Shown: piece after piece, positions 56,047 through 64,000 of the stretch
Position numbering within the stretch: the stretch's first letter is position 1
Layout: the number at the start of each line of letters is the position of its first letter
Translations under genes and position numbers: made by a program
Sequence record: NC_021531.1
DNA: 64,000 nucleotides
Strand: one strand, 5' to 3'
The notes under the pieces: generated by a model
Seen by the model: the letters and a program-made list of their open reading frames with translations, nothing else
Told to the model about the DNA's origin: nothing
The model's database searches: none

Positions 56047-56574
56047 ATGACCGTTCGTCAATCTAAAGGCCGTAAAGAAAAACTGTCCCTGCACGTTCTG
56101 GATATCGCCAACGTGTATACCGATGCCAATGGCCAAATCGTACTGGAGTTCGAAGGGAAAAACGCCCGTGAAGTGCGCCTTATCAAAGAAACCGCTTACG
56201 GCATTCTGGCGTGGCTGTCTGGCTGGACTGAAGACAACCAGCAGGTTAATCTGGAATTCAACGATGTGATTCTGGATGCCTCTCGTCCGAAAAGCAAACG
56301 CACCGAAAAGCACTATGACCGTCTGCGCGAAGTAATGGCGCTGATTAACACCGCTACCCGTATCAATATCGACAGCGGTAGCTTTGCCTGCTACTTCACC
56401 GTGGGTGATGTTGACCCCGAACTGGAGCCGCATGTGGTCCACCGTCTGTTGGTCGACGATGCTGACATTCGCGTTGACTTCACGGAAGAAGTGGCCAACA
56501 TCTACGTTTATAAGCCGGTGCGTCAGGCGTTCCTGTCGCAGTACACTCGTACTCCTGTAGAGGAAACAGAATAA
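56047..56574 (+). CDS. hypothetical protein (paralog family member 2)
   Basis: GAGGA SD before ATG 56047. Confidence 0.8.
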   Translation: MTVRQSKGRKEKLSLHVLDIANVYTDANGQIVLEFEGKNAREVRLIKETAYGILAWLSGWTEDNQQVNLEFNDVILDASRPKSKRTEKHYDRLREVMALINTATRINIDSGSFACYFTVGDVDPELEPHVVHRLLVDDADIRVDFTEEVANIYVYKPVRQAFLSQYTRTPVEETE

Positions 56575-57131
56575 TGTTGACCGAACAACAAAAAGACAGT
56601 CTGCGTAAAGCAGGTAATCGTCTGCACAATCTGATGGACTACCATGTCGAACATCGTCCTGCGATGCAGTTGCAGCAATATTTCTTCTTAAAAGACTCCC
56701 GGCCATTTATCTACGTTCACTCGCGTGTCCATTTGGCGATTTTAACGTGGTACGCGATGTTGCGTAAAGGCGACGAGAGCGGGTTCCGCGATGGGCCGTT
56801 GCAACTTGATACGCACGACATGGTTCTATTCGAGGAGCTCACCGGCAACCATAAAACCTTCTTTGAAGGCATGCTTGCTGGTACCATTTTACTGGAATTA
56901 GAAAAGGGCGACATGGAGACCGCCTTTATTCTTGGCCGCACACAGGAAAATCCTGGGTTCGATTTGGCAGAAGACGATACGGACCCGTTCTACTTGCCAT
57001 TGCAATTCGAAGGACGTTATGTGGGGGTTGAGGCTATCGGTTTGGGGAATAATGAGGTGGTATACGTCCCATTCATCACCGCGCCTACTGGTGAAACCCA
57101 GATAAATGTGCGCGAAGCCCACAAGCTGTAA
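56574..57131 (+). CDS. hypothetical protein (possible distant paralog 3)
   Basis: TAATG coupling; GAGGA SD. Confidence 0.75.
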   Translation: MLTEQQKDSLRKAGNRLHNLMDYHVEHRPAMQLQQYFFLKDSRPFIYVHSRVHLAILTWYAMLRKGDESGFRDGPLQLDTHDMVLFEELTGNHKTFFEGMLAGTILLELEKGDMETAFILGRTQENPGFDLAEDDTDPFYLPLQFEGRYVGVEAIGLGNNEVVYVPFITAPTGETQINVREAHKL

Positions 57132-57136
57132 TAATA

Positions 57137-57166
57137 ACCACCCTTCGGGGTGGTTGTTTTTTTTCG
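57137..57166 (+). terminator. intrinsic terminator
   Basis: AACCACCC-TTCG-GGGTGGTT plus T tract. Confidence 0.85.
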
Positions 57167-57206
57167 TTTCAAATGGTATGAGGCGCTTATCCAGAGGACA
57201 CTCCCC

Positions 57207-58694
57207 ATGCTCCAGTATTTTGAAATACCGTCATTGGACGCTACCATGCGTAAGTCCATGGCTGATGGTATCATATCTCGCGTCCTCTTAGAGTCCGGCA
57301 TCGACCCTAAGAAAGTCATCTACACAGATGACCTCGACAACGCGCAACAACCCGGTGCCACTGTCGGCGACCAGACAGAGATTCTGTACGCATCGCCCGA
57401 TTTGATTGAAGTGGAAATTGTCGAAGAACGAGACGAGATGGAACGTATCGCACGGGGTGTGGGTCTGCATCGTGAGCGCTACTTCTTTGAGAACAAACAT
57501 GACCACGTGAGAGCGTGGGCTACTCGTGTCTTTTATAATGTCACGGTGAACATCAAACGTCGTTCTAAGTCACGTACAGACTTGCATCGTTGGTGTAACC
57601 GTCTGAACTCCCTGATTGACATGGGGCGTTATTCGACCAAGATGGAATCCGAATCGTACTTCCTGATTCCGATGGAAGCACTGCGTTTACTGAACGCCTG
57701 TTACGTCGCGGCCGAAACCCGTGTACCACGTCACGCCAGCTTTAAGGATTACCTCAAAGCGTATTTCAGTGACGAGATTACCGTTACTACCGACGTTGCT
57801 GGCCAGAAGAACCGTTTAGCGGTTCGTCACTCCCCAACCCGTGTGGAAGTGGTGTACGACGTTAACGGGCCGCAGACCGGTAAGGATGAAAACGATTGGA
57901 GCGCAACGTTCAGCTTCAACTACCGTTATCAGCGCCCTGAAGAGGTACTGATTGAACATCCGTACATCTTAAACCAGACCCCGATTGCCAAAGAGTATTT
58001 CCCGCAGCCTGAACCACCCTTCTTATCTAACGAAGAGATGGTTGACCGTGGGATTGTACAGTCTCTGCAAGATGCGCTGGCCTATGAAGGTACTCGCCCC
58101 CCATTACTGCAACTGCCGTATTTGTTGTCGGATGAAGAGCAGTATCTGAAGCTCCATCGTGTCCGCCGTGCCTACGAGATTCCTATCTTTGGCACCGACG
58201 TCGCCTTCGGACCTGAGAACATGTCAAACCCTGACGTGCTCAGTATCGACCAAGTGCCGTACACGTGGGTTGAGCCGATTAAGGAGTACATCCAATATTG
58301 TCGTGACCGCGACCCAACAGGCCAGTGCTGCATCTTCCAGTTCCAGCTGTACAAAAACACGTTCTATATCGAACCGTCGAAATACCGTTGGGATGGTGAG
58401 TGGTTGATTCTCGAAGATGAGATTGATGTCACTGCGCAGTATTACGCTATGGAAGTTCTGCGTACCGACTGGGGTAACTTCCCGAAACAGTGTTTGTCTA
58501 TCATCGACAAATTCCCGGGTGTTATCGACTGGATTATTGATTGGCTGATTCCGGGTCGTGTTAACCCGCGCCCTGTTAAACCGACCGTACCGGATGTCAT
58601 TGACCACATCGACAAAGACCGCCCTGATAACGGTTACTGGCTGACCATCTTCAACACGAGCATTATCGACGCTCGCAAAATGGGAGAACGTTAA
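57207..58694 (+). CDS. virion neck/tail-completion-type structural protein
   Basis: ATG 57207 after GAGGA; GGTATG late motif upstream; T4 gp15-like pattern is tentative. Confidence 0.55.
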   Translation: MLQYFEIPSLDATMRKSMADGIISRVLLESGIDPKKVIYTDDLDNAQQPGATVGDQTEILYASPDLIEVEIVEERDEMERIARGVGLHRERYFFENKHDHVRAWATRVFYNVTVNIKRRSKSRTDLHRWCNRLNSLIDMGRYSTKMESESYFLIPMEALRLLNACYVAAETRVPRHASFKDYLKAYFSDEITVTTDVAGQKNRLAVRHSPTRVEVVYDVNGPQTGKDENDWSATFSFNYRYQRPEEVLIEHPYILNQTPIAKEYFPQPEPPFLSNEEMVDRGIVQSLQDALAYEGTRPPLLQLPYLLSDEEQYLKLHRVRRAYEIPIFGTDVAFGPENMSNPDVLSIDQVPYTWVEPIKEYIQYCRDRDPTGQCCIFQFQLYKNTFYIEPSKYRWDGEWLILEDEIDVTAQYYAMEVLRTDWGNFPKQCLSIIDKFPGVIDWIIDWLIPGRVNPRPVKPTVPDVIDHIDKDRPDNGYWLTIFNTSIIDARKMGER

Positions 58695-60028
58695 TGCAGT
58701 TCATTCAAGCAGGTGGACGCCAAAAGTCCGAAGTCGTGACGGTCGAACCGCCCCGTCCCGAGATTACCAAAGCCAAAGACGGCGTGGTCGAAAAGACGAA
58801 CATCACCACCGAGCCTTCACGTACGACGGTAGTGGACTTGGAGCGTATCCCCAAGAGACACTTGTTGCAGTATACGTCAGGCTCGCCTTGGCCGGTGGAT
58901 TACTACCACCGACTGTCTGGGATAAATGACCCGAAGGCGTTCTTTGACCCGTCGGTGGACAACGCCACCCAGCAGTTCGAAGAAATCAAAGGGCAGATTC
59001 TTCGTGTTGGTTCTGCGTTAAGCTGGAATCAGGACTCCAAGAGTAAGGAGTTCACAATTACCGGTGAAGCAACGTTGGCCAACAGTATTATCCCGACCGA
59101 AGGTGATATCTTCATTGCTGACATCGGGGATGCACGTCGCGGCATCTTTGCGGTCAACAGCACCCAACGTAACGCCTACAACAAAATCGCCACGTACCAG
59201 ATTACGTACACAATGCTTTACGAGACCACACCGGAAACGGACAGGGCTTTACAGGCAGCGATTAAACGTACGTTCTTCTACGTGGCTGACCGGGCGTGGG
59301 TATCTGAAGACACGCTGTTAACGCAAGACGAGTATAACACGTTCCTGAGCGTGCGTGCTGAGCTGGAGTATCTGGAGAATATGTACGTTCGCATGTTCTA
59401 CGACCAAGAGATTGGTTCACTCCGCCTGCCAGTTACAGCCCGCAAGAACTACGATGTCTTCCTGACGCAGTTTGTGCGTGATATTGGCCTCAACCGTACC
59501 CCGGATGAGTTAACCATTTATCCACACACGCCATATCGTCATGATGACATGTTCACGGTCTGGAAAGCGCTCATCTGGCATAACGCGTCGATGTTACCGC
59601 AATGTCACAAAGACGGGAAGTGGTTCCAAGTCCAGACTTTCCGAACCTATCAGGTGCCGAACACCGTAGGGTGGTCACGCGTCCAATCCACCGTTTTCTT
59701 TGAGGGTCATTTACGACTGAAGAACATCCCGGACAACGTACCGGACTTCGACGCCGTAGAGGACCGTAGAAGCGATTTTACGGGCACTGTGCTTAAAGAC
59801 CTACCCTTGTTCGTTAAACCGTCGTTAACGCCGTATGTGTTCTCTGAGGCGTTTTACGGGGGGTCTTACGCATCGGTACTAGAATATGCAATCCAACTCT
59901 ATCTGAAGAAAGATAAACTGCGTGCGGATATCCCGTTAAAACTGGCAGAAGAATGTAAGCGACTCCCGCTGACTGCCCAGTTCTATTACGCACCGGTGGT
60001 TTATCTCCTGCTTAAATACGTGAGGTAA
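58694..60028 (+). CDS. virion neck (head-closure, T4 gp14-like) structural protein
   Basis: IPTEGDIFIAD resembles gp14-type P.EGD motif; coupled to previous gene. Confidence 0.55.
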   Translation: MQFIQAGGRQKSEVVTVEPPRPEITKAKDGVVEKTNITTEPSRTTVVDLERIPKRHLLQYTSGSPWPVDYYHRLSGINDPKAFFDPSVDNATQQFEEIKGQILRVGSALSWNQDSKSKEFTITGEATLANSIIPTEGDIFIADIGDARRGIFAVNSTQRNAYNKIATYQITYTMLYETTPETDRALQAAIKRTFFYVADRAWVSEDTLLTQDEYNTFLSVRAELEYLENMYVRMFYDQEIGSLRLPVTARKNYDVFLTQFVRDIGLNRTPDELTIYPHTPYRHDDMFTVWKALIWHNASMLPQCHKDGKWFQVQTFRTYQVPNTVGWSRVQSTVFFEGHLRLKNIPDNVPDFDAVEDRRSDFTGTVLKDLPLFVKPSLTPYVFSEAFYGGSYASVLEYAIQLYLKKDKLRADIPLKLAEECKRLPLTAQFYYAPVVYLLLKYVR

Positions 60029-60579
60029 TGATGAAGAAGTCGCCTGCTTTCTACCTGTTCCATTCGTGGTACGGCTGGCGTGTGCCCGAGTATGCCACGC
60101 TTACCCGCTATGCTCGTGAAGAGCACGGGTTGTTTCTGCCAGAAGATCGCAACAAAGCGAAAGCAATTCTGCTGAACAAAAAGACGGTATTCTTAACCGT
60201 CGCGCAGGCGGCTGAGTACCTCAAGGATGGCGGGTCTTTAGATATCAACGACCCCGATAACGATGCGTTGCCGGTGTATCAGTTAATCATGGAACATCTG
60301 AACAACTGGTACATGTACCTGACACAACCCTCGTTGATTGTGCGTAAGGTGCCTATTGAGGGATTGCGTGAGTTTAATAAACTGGCGGGCGACCTCTTCC
60401 CGGTGGCCAACCGCAAAGGGTATTTCAAAAAGCCGGAAATCACCATGTCCATGCAGCTGGCGTCGTTCTTCGAAGACATTAAGCCGACGGCTCAACAGCA
60501 TCGCTTTAATGACCAGCTGATGTTGATGATTGAAAGCGCTTACCGCAAACGTGGGGGTGGTTATGTTCGCTCGGTTTAA
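60028..60579 (+). CDS. conserved hypothetical protein (phiKZ gp100-like)
   Basis: 183-aa ORF, GAGG SD, TAATG coupling. Confidence 0.65.
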   Translation: MMKKSPAFYLFHSWYGWRVPEYATLTRYAREEHGLFLPEDRNKAKAILLNKKTVFLTVAQAAEYLKDGGSLDINDPDNDALPVYQLIMEHLNNWYMYLTQPSLIVRKVPIEGLREFNKLAGDLFPVANRKGYFKKPEITMSMQLASFFEDIKPTAQQHRFNDQLMLMIESAYRKRGGGYVRSV

Positions 60580-61852
60580 AGCGATTGTAGGCAAACACAT
60601 CGCAAAAGCCGTCGGTAGTCCAAAGCTTACGTACACTGTGGTTTTGAAAGCAAACGGAATTGCGGTCAAAGCCATGAAAGTGCACTCCATTACCCGACGT
60701 TCGGAATTCGTTCGCACGATGGGTACCACCACGTTCATCACAATCCTTGTTCCAATGACGCAGTTGCGTCTGTTGCTGTCAAAGACCTACGGGAACCTGA
60801 CGTGTACGCTCGGCACGTTCTCGCAAGGCAAGCTGTTACGTCGTGAGGTGTTGTACGGTGTGGTTCAAAACGCACAAGACCTTGACATGACCGCGCCGAC
60901 AAAGAACATGGGTCTTGGTGATGAAATCGATTTCTCGGTGGTCACACTGGAGTTGATGAACGAGGCTATCTGGAAACTGCGATTGGTGCAGCAGGGTCTT
61001 AACGTGCAGCGTAACGACCCGTTAACGGTATGTCGATTTCTCTTAGCACGTACGACGAGGGCACAGGATGCACAGAAGGGCGAGACGGAAGGGTTACAGT
61101 ATGCTGAGGAGCCGCAGACGCCATATTCATCGATTGTGGTTCCTGACGGCACCCCATTCCGCGGTATCTTCGATTACCTCCAAAACCGATACGGTGTGTA
61201 TGCCCAAGGGTTGGGCGTGTTCAACTATGAAGATGTGTGGTTTCTCTTTAGACCGTGGAATAAAGCCCGGTTTCAGGAAGACGACTATCGGTTGGTTGTC
61301 TACGCTGTAGCGGCCGATGACATGGCACAGCCTGACCACACGTTCCGTATCGAAGGGAAGACGTATTACGTCGTTGTAGCGGGCGATAATCGCCTCGTCG
61401 ACCAGCGTGACCAGTCAGCCCTTAATGAGGGCACAGGATACCGTGTAGCCTCTGTGCGTGCGTTAGATGGCCGTACTATCGACCAGACCGAGAACGGGCC
61501 CACACAGACCGTCTCAGACGCGTTTGTAAGCACCGCTAACCCGTCACCGCATAACTCTGGGTTAACCAATGCTAACTTCGGCGAGAAACGCTTTGCAGAC
61601 AGCGATAAAGCGATACGTAGCGAGCTTGCTCGAAAAGCAGGTCGTTATCTGACCGTACGCTGGTCACACGCAATGTTTGGGGCAGTACGTCCGGGTATGG
61701 GTGTGCAGTACAACTATGCCAACGACGGTGGTATGTTCACCAAACACGGGACGGTTATTGGGGAAGTCTACCACACGGCATTAGACGGTGGGGGTGCTGC
61801 TGGCGAACAGTACGTTTCGTCATCAGACATCATGCTCTGGATTGCTGACTGA
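60563..61852 (+). CDS. baseplate hub-type protein (phiKZ gp101-like)
   Basis: Start 60563; GIFDYLQNRYGVY pattern; synteny. Confidence 0.6.
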   Translation: MFARFKAIVGKHIAKAVGSPKLTYTVVLKANGIAVKAMKVHSITRRSEFVRTMGTTTFITILVPMTQLRLLLSKTYGNLTCTLGTFSQGKLLRREVLYGVVQNAQDLDMTAPTKNMGLGDEIDFSVVTLELMNEAIWKLRLVQQGLNVQRNDPLTVCRFLLARTTRAQDAQKGETEGLQYAEEPQTPYSSIVVPDGTPFRGIFDYLQNRYGVYAQGLGVFNYEDVWFLFRPWNKARFQEDDYRLVVYAVAADDMAQPDHTFRIEGKTYYVVVAGDNRLVDQRDQSALNEGTGYRVASVRALDGRTIDQTENGPTQTVSDAFVSTANPSPHNSGLTNANFGEKRFADSDKAIRSELARKAGRYLTVRWSHAMFGAVRPGMGVQYNYANDGGMFTKHGTVIGEVYHTALDGGGAAGEQYVSSSDIMLWIAD

Positions 61853-61880
61853 TTTTTTACAACTGAAAGATTAGATATAG
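61853..61880 (+). promoter_or_regulatory. putative middle-type promoter with no ORF before the next terminator
   Basis: TTTTTTACA-N12-GATATAG. Confidence 0.6.
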
Positions 61881-62030
61881 GCAGCCAGGGGATACCTGAG
61901 TTGGGGAGGGGGTTTTTTAACGAGTGATGAGCGTAGCGAATCACGACTTCCTTATTCCTAAGTAATCCTCTCTAAGGATTACGCTCAGTAAGTGTGCTCT
62001 CCCTTCGGGGAGAGTCCTTATTTTTCTTTT
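61881..62030 (+). ncRNA. candidate small structured non-coding RNA / primer RNA
   Basis: Bounded by promoter motif and terminator; internal hairpins; no SD-led ORF. Confidence 0.4.
61997..62030 (+). terminator. intrinsic terminator
   Basis: CTCTCCC-TTCG-GGGAGAG plus T-rich tract. Confidence 0.8.
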
Positions 62031-62084
62031 ACGTCATTTTCTAATCCTATGCTAACAAACACCTCTTTAACAAGGAATTATTCG

Positions 62085-62828
62085 ATGAACGAAATTATCC
62101 GTTACATGCTCTCCGCCGATGTCATTCTGAAGATTGACGAATACGAGAAAGCAACGTTCGGTAAAAAAGCCACCAAGCTCTGGGACCGTATCATCAAAGT
62201 CCTGCCGCACGGTGAGCAGATTGAAATTCTGGGTGTGCAGGCAACCAACCGCGATACCACCATTGCTATCCTCTATAAAGTCGATGGCGTGGAAGGCGGT
62301 AAAAACCTGCCTATCGCTGACGAAGGTTCACTGGGCAACCTGCTGTTCATGCACTGCGTAGCGTTTGCTACCCCGTACCAGATTTTGCATACGCTGTATA
62401 GCTTCGACTATATCTACGCGATTGCAAACATCATCTCGGGCCGTATTAAGCCGGGCGACTCCGACACTTATCCGCAATACGTTAAGCGTATCCGTCCGGA
62501 AGACTTCGACGACGAAGTTTCGCTGGATGTGTTCCGCTTTGAGCTGATTGGTGAAAACCGCACCGACGACTTCGTGACCTACCTGAAAGCGATCGTGCGC
62601 TACCATGCGCAGATGTCGACTGACGATATGTCCAACAACCACAACGAGCTGTATCCGGTTCTGATGTACGGTAACCGTGTAGCCTTCGGTACGTACATTC
62701 CGTTCCCAGCCCGTATCCTCGCACCGTACCACGACAGCACTATCCTGCCCGAGCCGGAAGAGCTGGGTCTGTTGTTCAGTGATGCGGTCAATGTGATTAG
62801 CGAACAGCGTCACCATCTGCAGCATTAA
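62085..62828 (+). CDS. hypothetical protein
   Basis: AAGGA SD before ATG 62085; phage-typical codons. Confidence 0.8.
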   Translation: MNEIIRYMLSADVILKIDEYEKATFGKKATKLWDRIIKVLPHGEQIEILGVQATNRDTTIAILYKVDGVEGGKNLPIADEGSLGNLLFMHCVAFATPYQILHTLYSFDYIYAIANIISGRIKPGDSDTYPQYVKRIRPEDFDDEVSLDVFRFELIGENRTDDFVTYLKAIVRYHAQMSTDDMSNNHNELYPVLMYGNRVAFGTYIPFPARILAPYHDSTILPEPEELGLLFSDAVNVISEQRHHLQH

Positions 62829-62840
62829 AAATAAAGCCGA

Positions 62841-62880
62841 CTACTACCCTTCGGGGTAGTAGCGGTTATTTTCTTTTTTT
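62841..62880 (+). terminator. intrinsic terminator
   Basis: CTACTACCC-TTCG-GGGTAGTAG plus T tract. Confidence 0.85.
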
Positions 62881-62899
62881 CCTAACGAAAAATATTTCA

Positions 62900-62920
62900 G
62901 ATATATATTACTTTTGTGAA
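62900..62920 (+). promoter_or_regulatory. putative early promoter
   Basis: GATATATATTAC contains the phiKZ early motif TATATTAC. Confidence 0.65.
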
Positions 62921-62965
62921 CGAGATACATTATCTCTTAATCTAATACACTGTGGAGCTATTCAA

Positions 62966-63241
62966 ATGTCTATTATTCGTGTTCTGATTCATACCCTCGC
63001 TATTCTGGCTGTCGCTGTATTCTTCATCCTGTCTCCATTCGCAGTAATGGATTTGCTGGGTGGTCAAGAGAATGCAATCGTTGCTGGTTTAGGTGGCGCG
63101 CTTTACATCGTCACCGCTTTAGGTTTCCTCTTCAGCGATGCTTTAGAATTGAACTTCGGTCCATTCCGCTGGTACCGCAATCTCGTTGAAAAGAACCGTT
63201 ACGTGGCTCCAGTGTGGAACTACATCTTCGGCAACGAATAA
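62966..63241 (+). CDS. small membrane protein (two predicted TM helices)
   Basis: GGAG SD; two long hydrophobic stretches. Confidence 0.75.
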   Translation: MSIIRVLIHTLAILAVAVFFILSPFAVMDLLGGQENAIVAGLGGALYIVTALGFLFSDALELNFGPFRWYRNLVEKNRYVAPVWNYIFGNE

Positions 63242-63290
63242 CCCCAACTCTTAACTGACTCACAACAACTCATTTATAAGGAATACTATT

Positions 63291-63464
63291 ATGCGCAACG
63301 ACAACCTCGACGCCCTGCTGAAACTCTCTGGTAAAGAACTGGCTGCTGTAATGGCTCAGGTTAAAGCTGAAAAGGCAGCGGGTCAACGCCTGGCGTCTGT
63401 TAATCCGGTAAAGGCGTACCTGTCTACCGATTCCCATCCTAACCGTATCATCAATAAGGTGTAA
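63291..63464 (+). CDS. small hypothetical protein (57 aa, not in ORF track)
   Basis: AAGGA SD, MRNDNLDALLKLSGK..., high-expression codons, next ATG 2 bp after stop. Confidence 0.7.
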   Translation: MRNDNLDALLKLSGKELAAVMAQVKAEKAAGQRLASVNPVKAYLSTDSHPNRIINKV

Positions 63465-63466
63465 CC

Positions 63467-63916
63467 ATGTACGTACTGAATGACAAAGGCGCAGCACGCG
63501 TCGCTGAACTGAAAATTCTCTCCGGCGTTGAACTGACGCCGGTACATGGCAAACAAACCATCCAACGTGACGGAGGCATCTACCGTAAATTTAAATTGAC
63601 TAACCACGGACGGGTGCACTTCGTCGAACTGGAGCTTGATGAATACAGTCTGACACATCCGGCTGACATTCAACCAATCACGCTCGACGATGAAGAACCT
63701 ATCGTGTTCGAAACCATGCACAACTGTTCACGTGGTGCACGCTACAAAGTCGAGCTGTGTCGTGACGGCGGACGTGGGTTCATCAAAGTGAAAACACTGG
63801 CAGGCATCAACCCGAGCGATTTCAGCTTTGCCATTAACCACATCATCCAAGACCTGTTAACGAGCGCTGCTCAAAACATGCGGATGAAAATTAACTCTTT
63901 CCCTCAAATTTCTTAA
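63467..63916 (+). CDS. hypothetical protein
   Basis: 149-aa ORF in early cluster. Confidence 0.75.
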   Translation: MYVLNDKGAARVAELKILSGVELTPVHGKQTIQRDGGIYRKFKLTNHGRVHFVELELDEYSLTHPADIQPITLDDEEPIVFETMHNCSRGARYKVELCRDGGRGFIKVKTLAGINPSDFSFAINHIIQDLLTSAAQNMRMKINSFPQIS

Positions 63917-63930
63917 TAAGGATTTCCAAC

Positions 63931-64000
63931 ATGAAAGCTTACTTCAATACTCGCGTTCTGGCTGTTTTCATCATCGCAACCCTGCTGGGTACTCTGGGTG
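63931..64000 (+). CDS. partial protein with signal peptide / TM N-terminus
   Basis: AAGGA SD; MKAYFNTRVLAVFIIATLLGTLG, truncated by window end. Confidence 0.6.
   Translation, partial: MKAYFNTRVLAVFIIATLLGTLG

Noticed and set aside
3404-62880. Recurrent CCCTACC/CTACT..TTCG hairpins that could be mistaken for a dispersed repeat or CRISPR-like array
   Set aside because: They sit at gene ends with T or A tracts and are ordinary intrinsic terminators; no regular spacer structure
1-64000. tRNA, rRNA, CRISPR array, transposase, PhuZ tubulin, major capsid or terminase genes
   Set aside because: No supporting sequence pattern found by eye in this window; these genes probably lie elsewhere in the genome

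Overview
This window is 64 kb of a nucleus-forming jumbo phage genome (phiKZ-like, Chimalliviridae). Gene order and content match the Salmonella SPN3US / Erwinia phiEaH2-type group; this rests on recalled synteny, not a database search. Contents, in order: (1) an accessory and early region at 1-10.4 kb; (2) a split family-B DNA polymerase (10517-12718 plus 40524-42326); (3) the chimallin core block: ChmA, nvRNAP beta'-N, SbcD-like nuclease, ChmC, sigma-like nvRNAP subunit, PicA, a gp70-like protein, nvRNAP beta-C and beta'-C, and an SF2 helicase; (4) vRNAP beta'-C; (5) head/inner-body proteins with A-x-E maturation sites; (6) baseplate and neck genes; (7) the start of an early small-gene cluster. 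I saw no tRNA, CRISPR array, intron or mobile element. The most notable unannotated signals are: a probable programmed -1 frameshift (U UUU UUC at 36951-36957, with a possible pseudoknot) fusing a tail/baseplate chaperone-like gene to the next ORF; two non-coding loci sharing a GGGGAGGGGG motif, one with a perfect G-quadruplex next to a GATC-rich oriC-like AT tract (13.2-13.35 kb) and one with a promoter-to-terminator ~150-nt structured transcript containing a GA-zipper DNA hairpin (61.85-62.03 kb), both candidate transcription-primed origins; FG/NPF-like low-complexity tails on the clustered nuclear-shell and import proteins; an M48-like zinc-protease motif in a head protein; and two recurrent phage promoter motifs.
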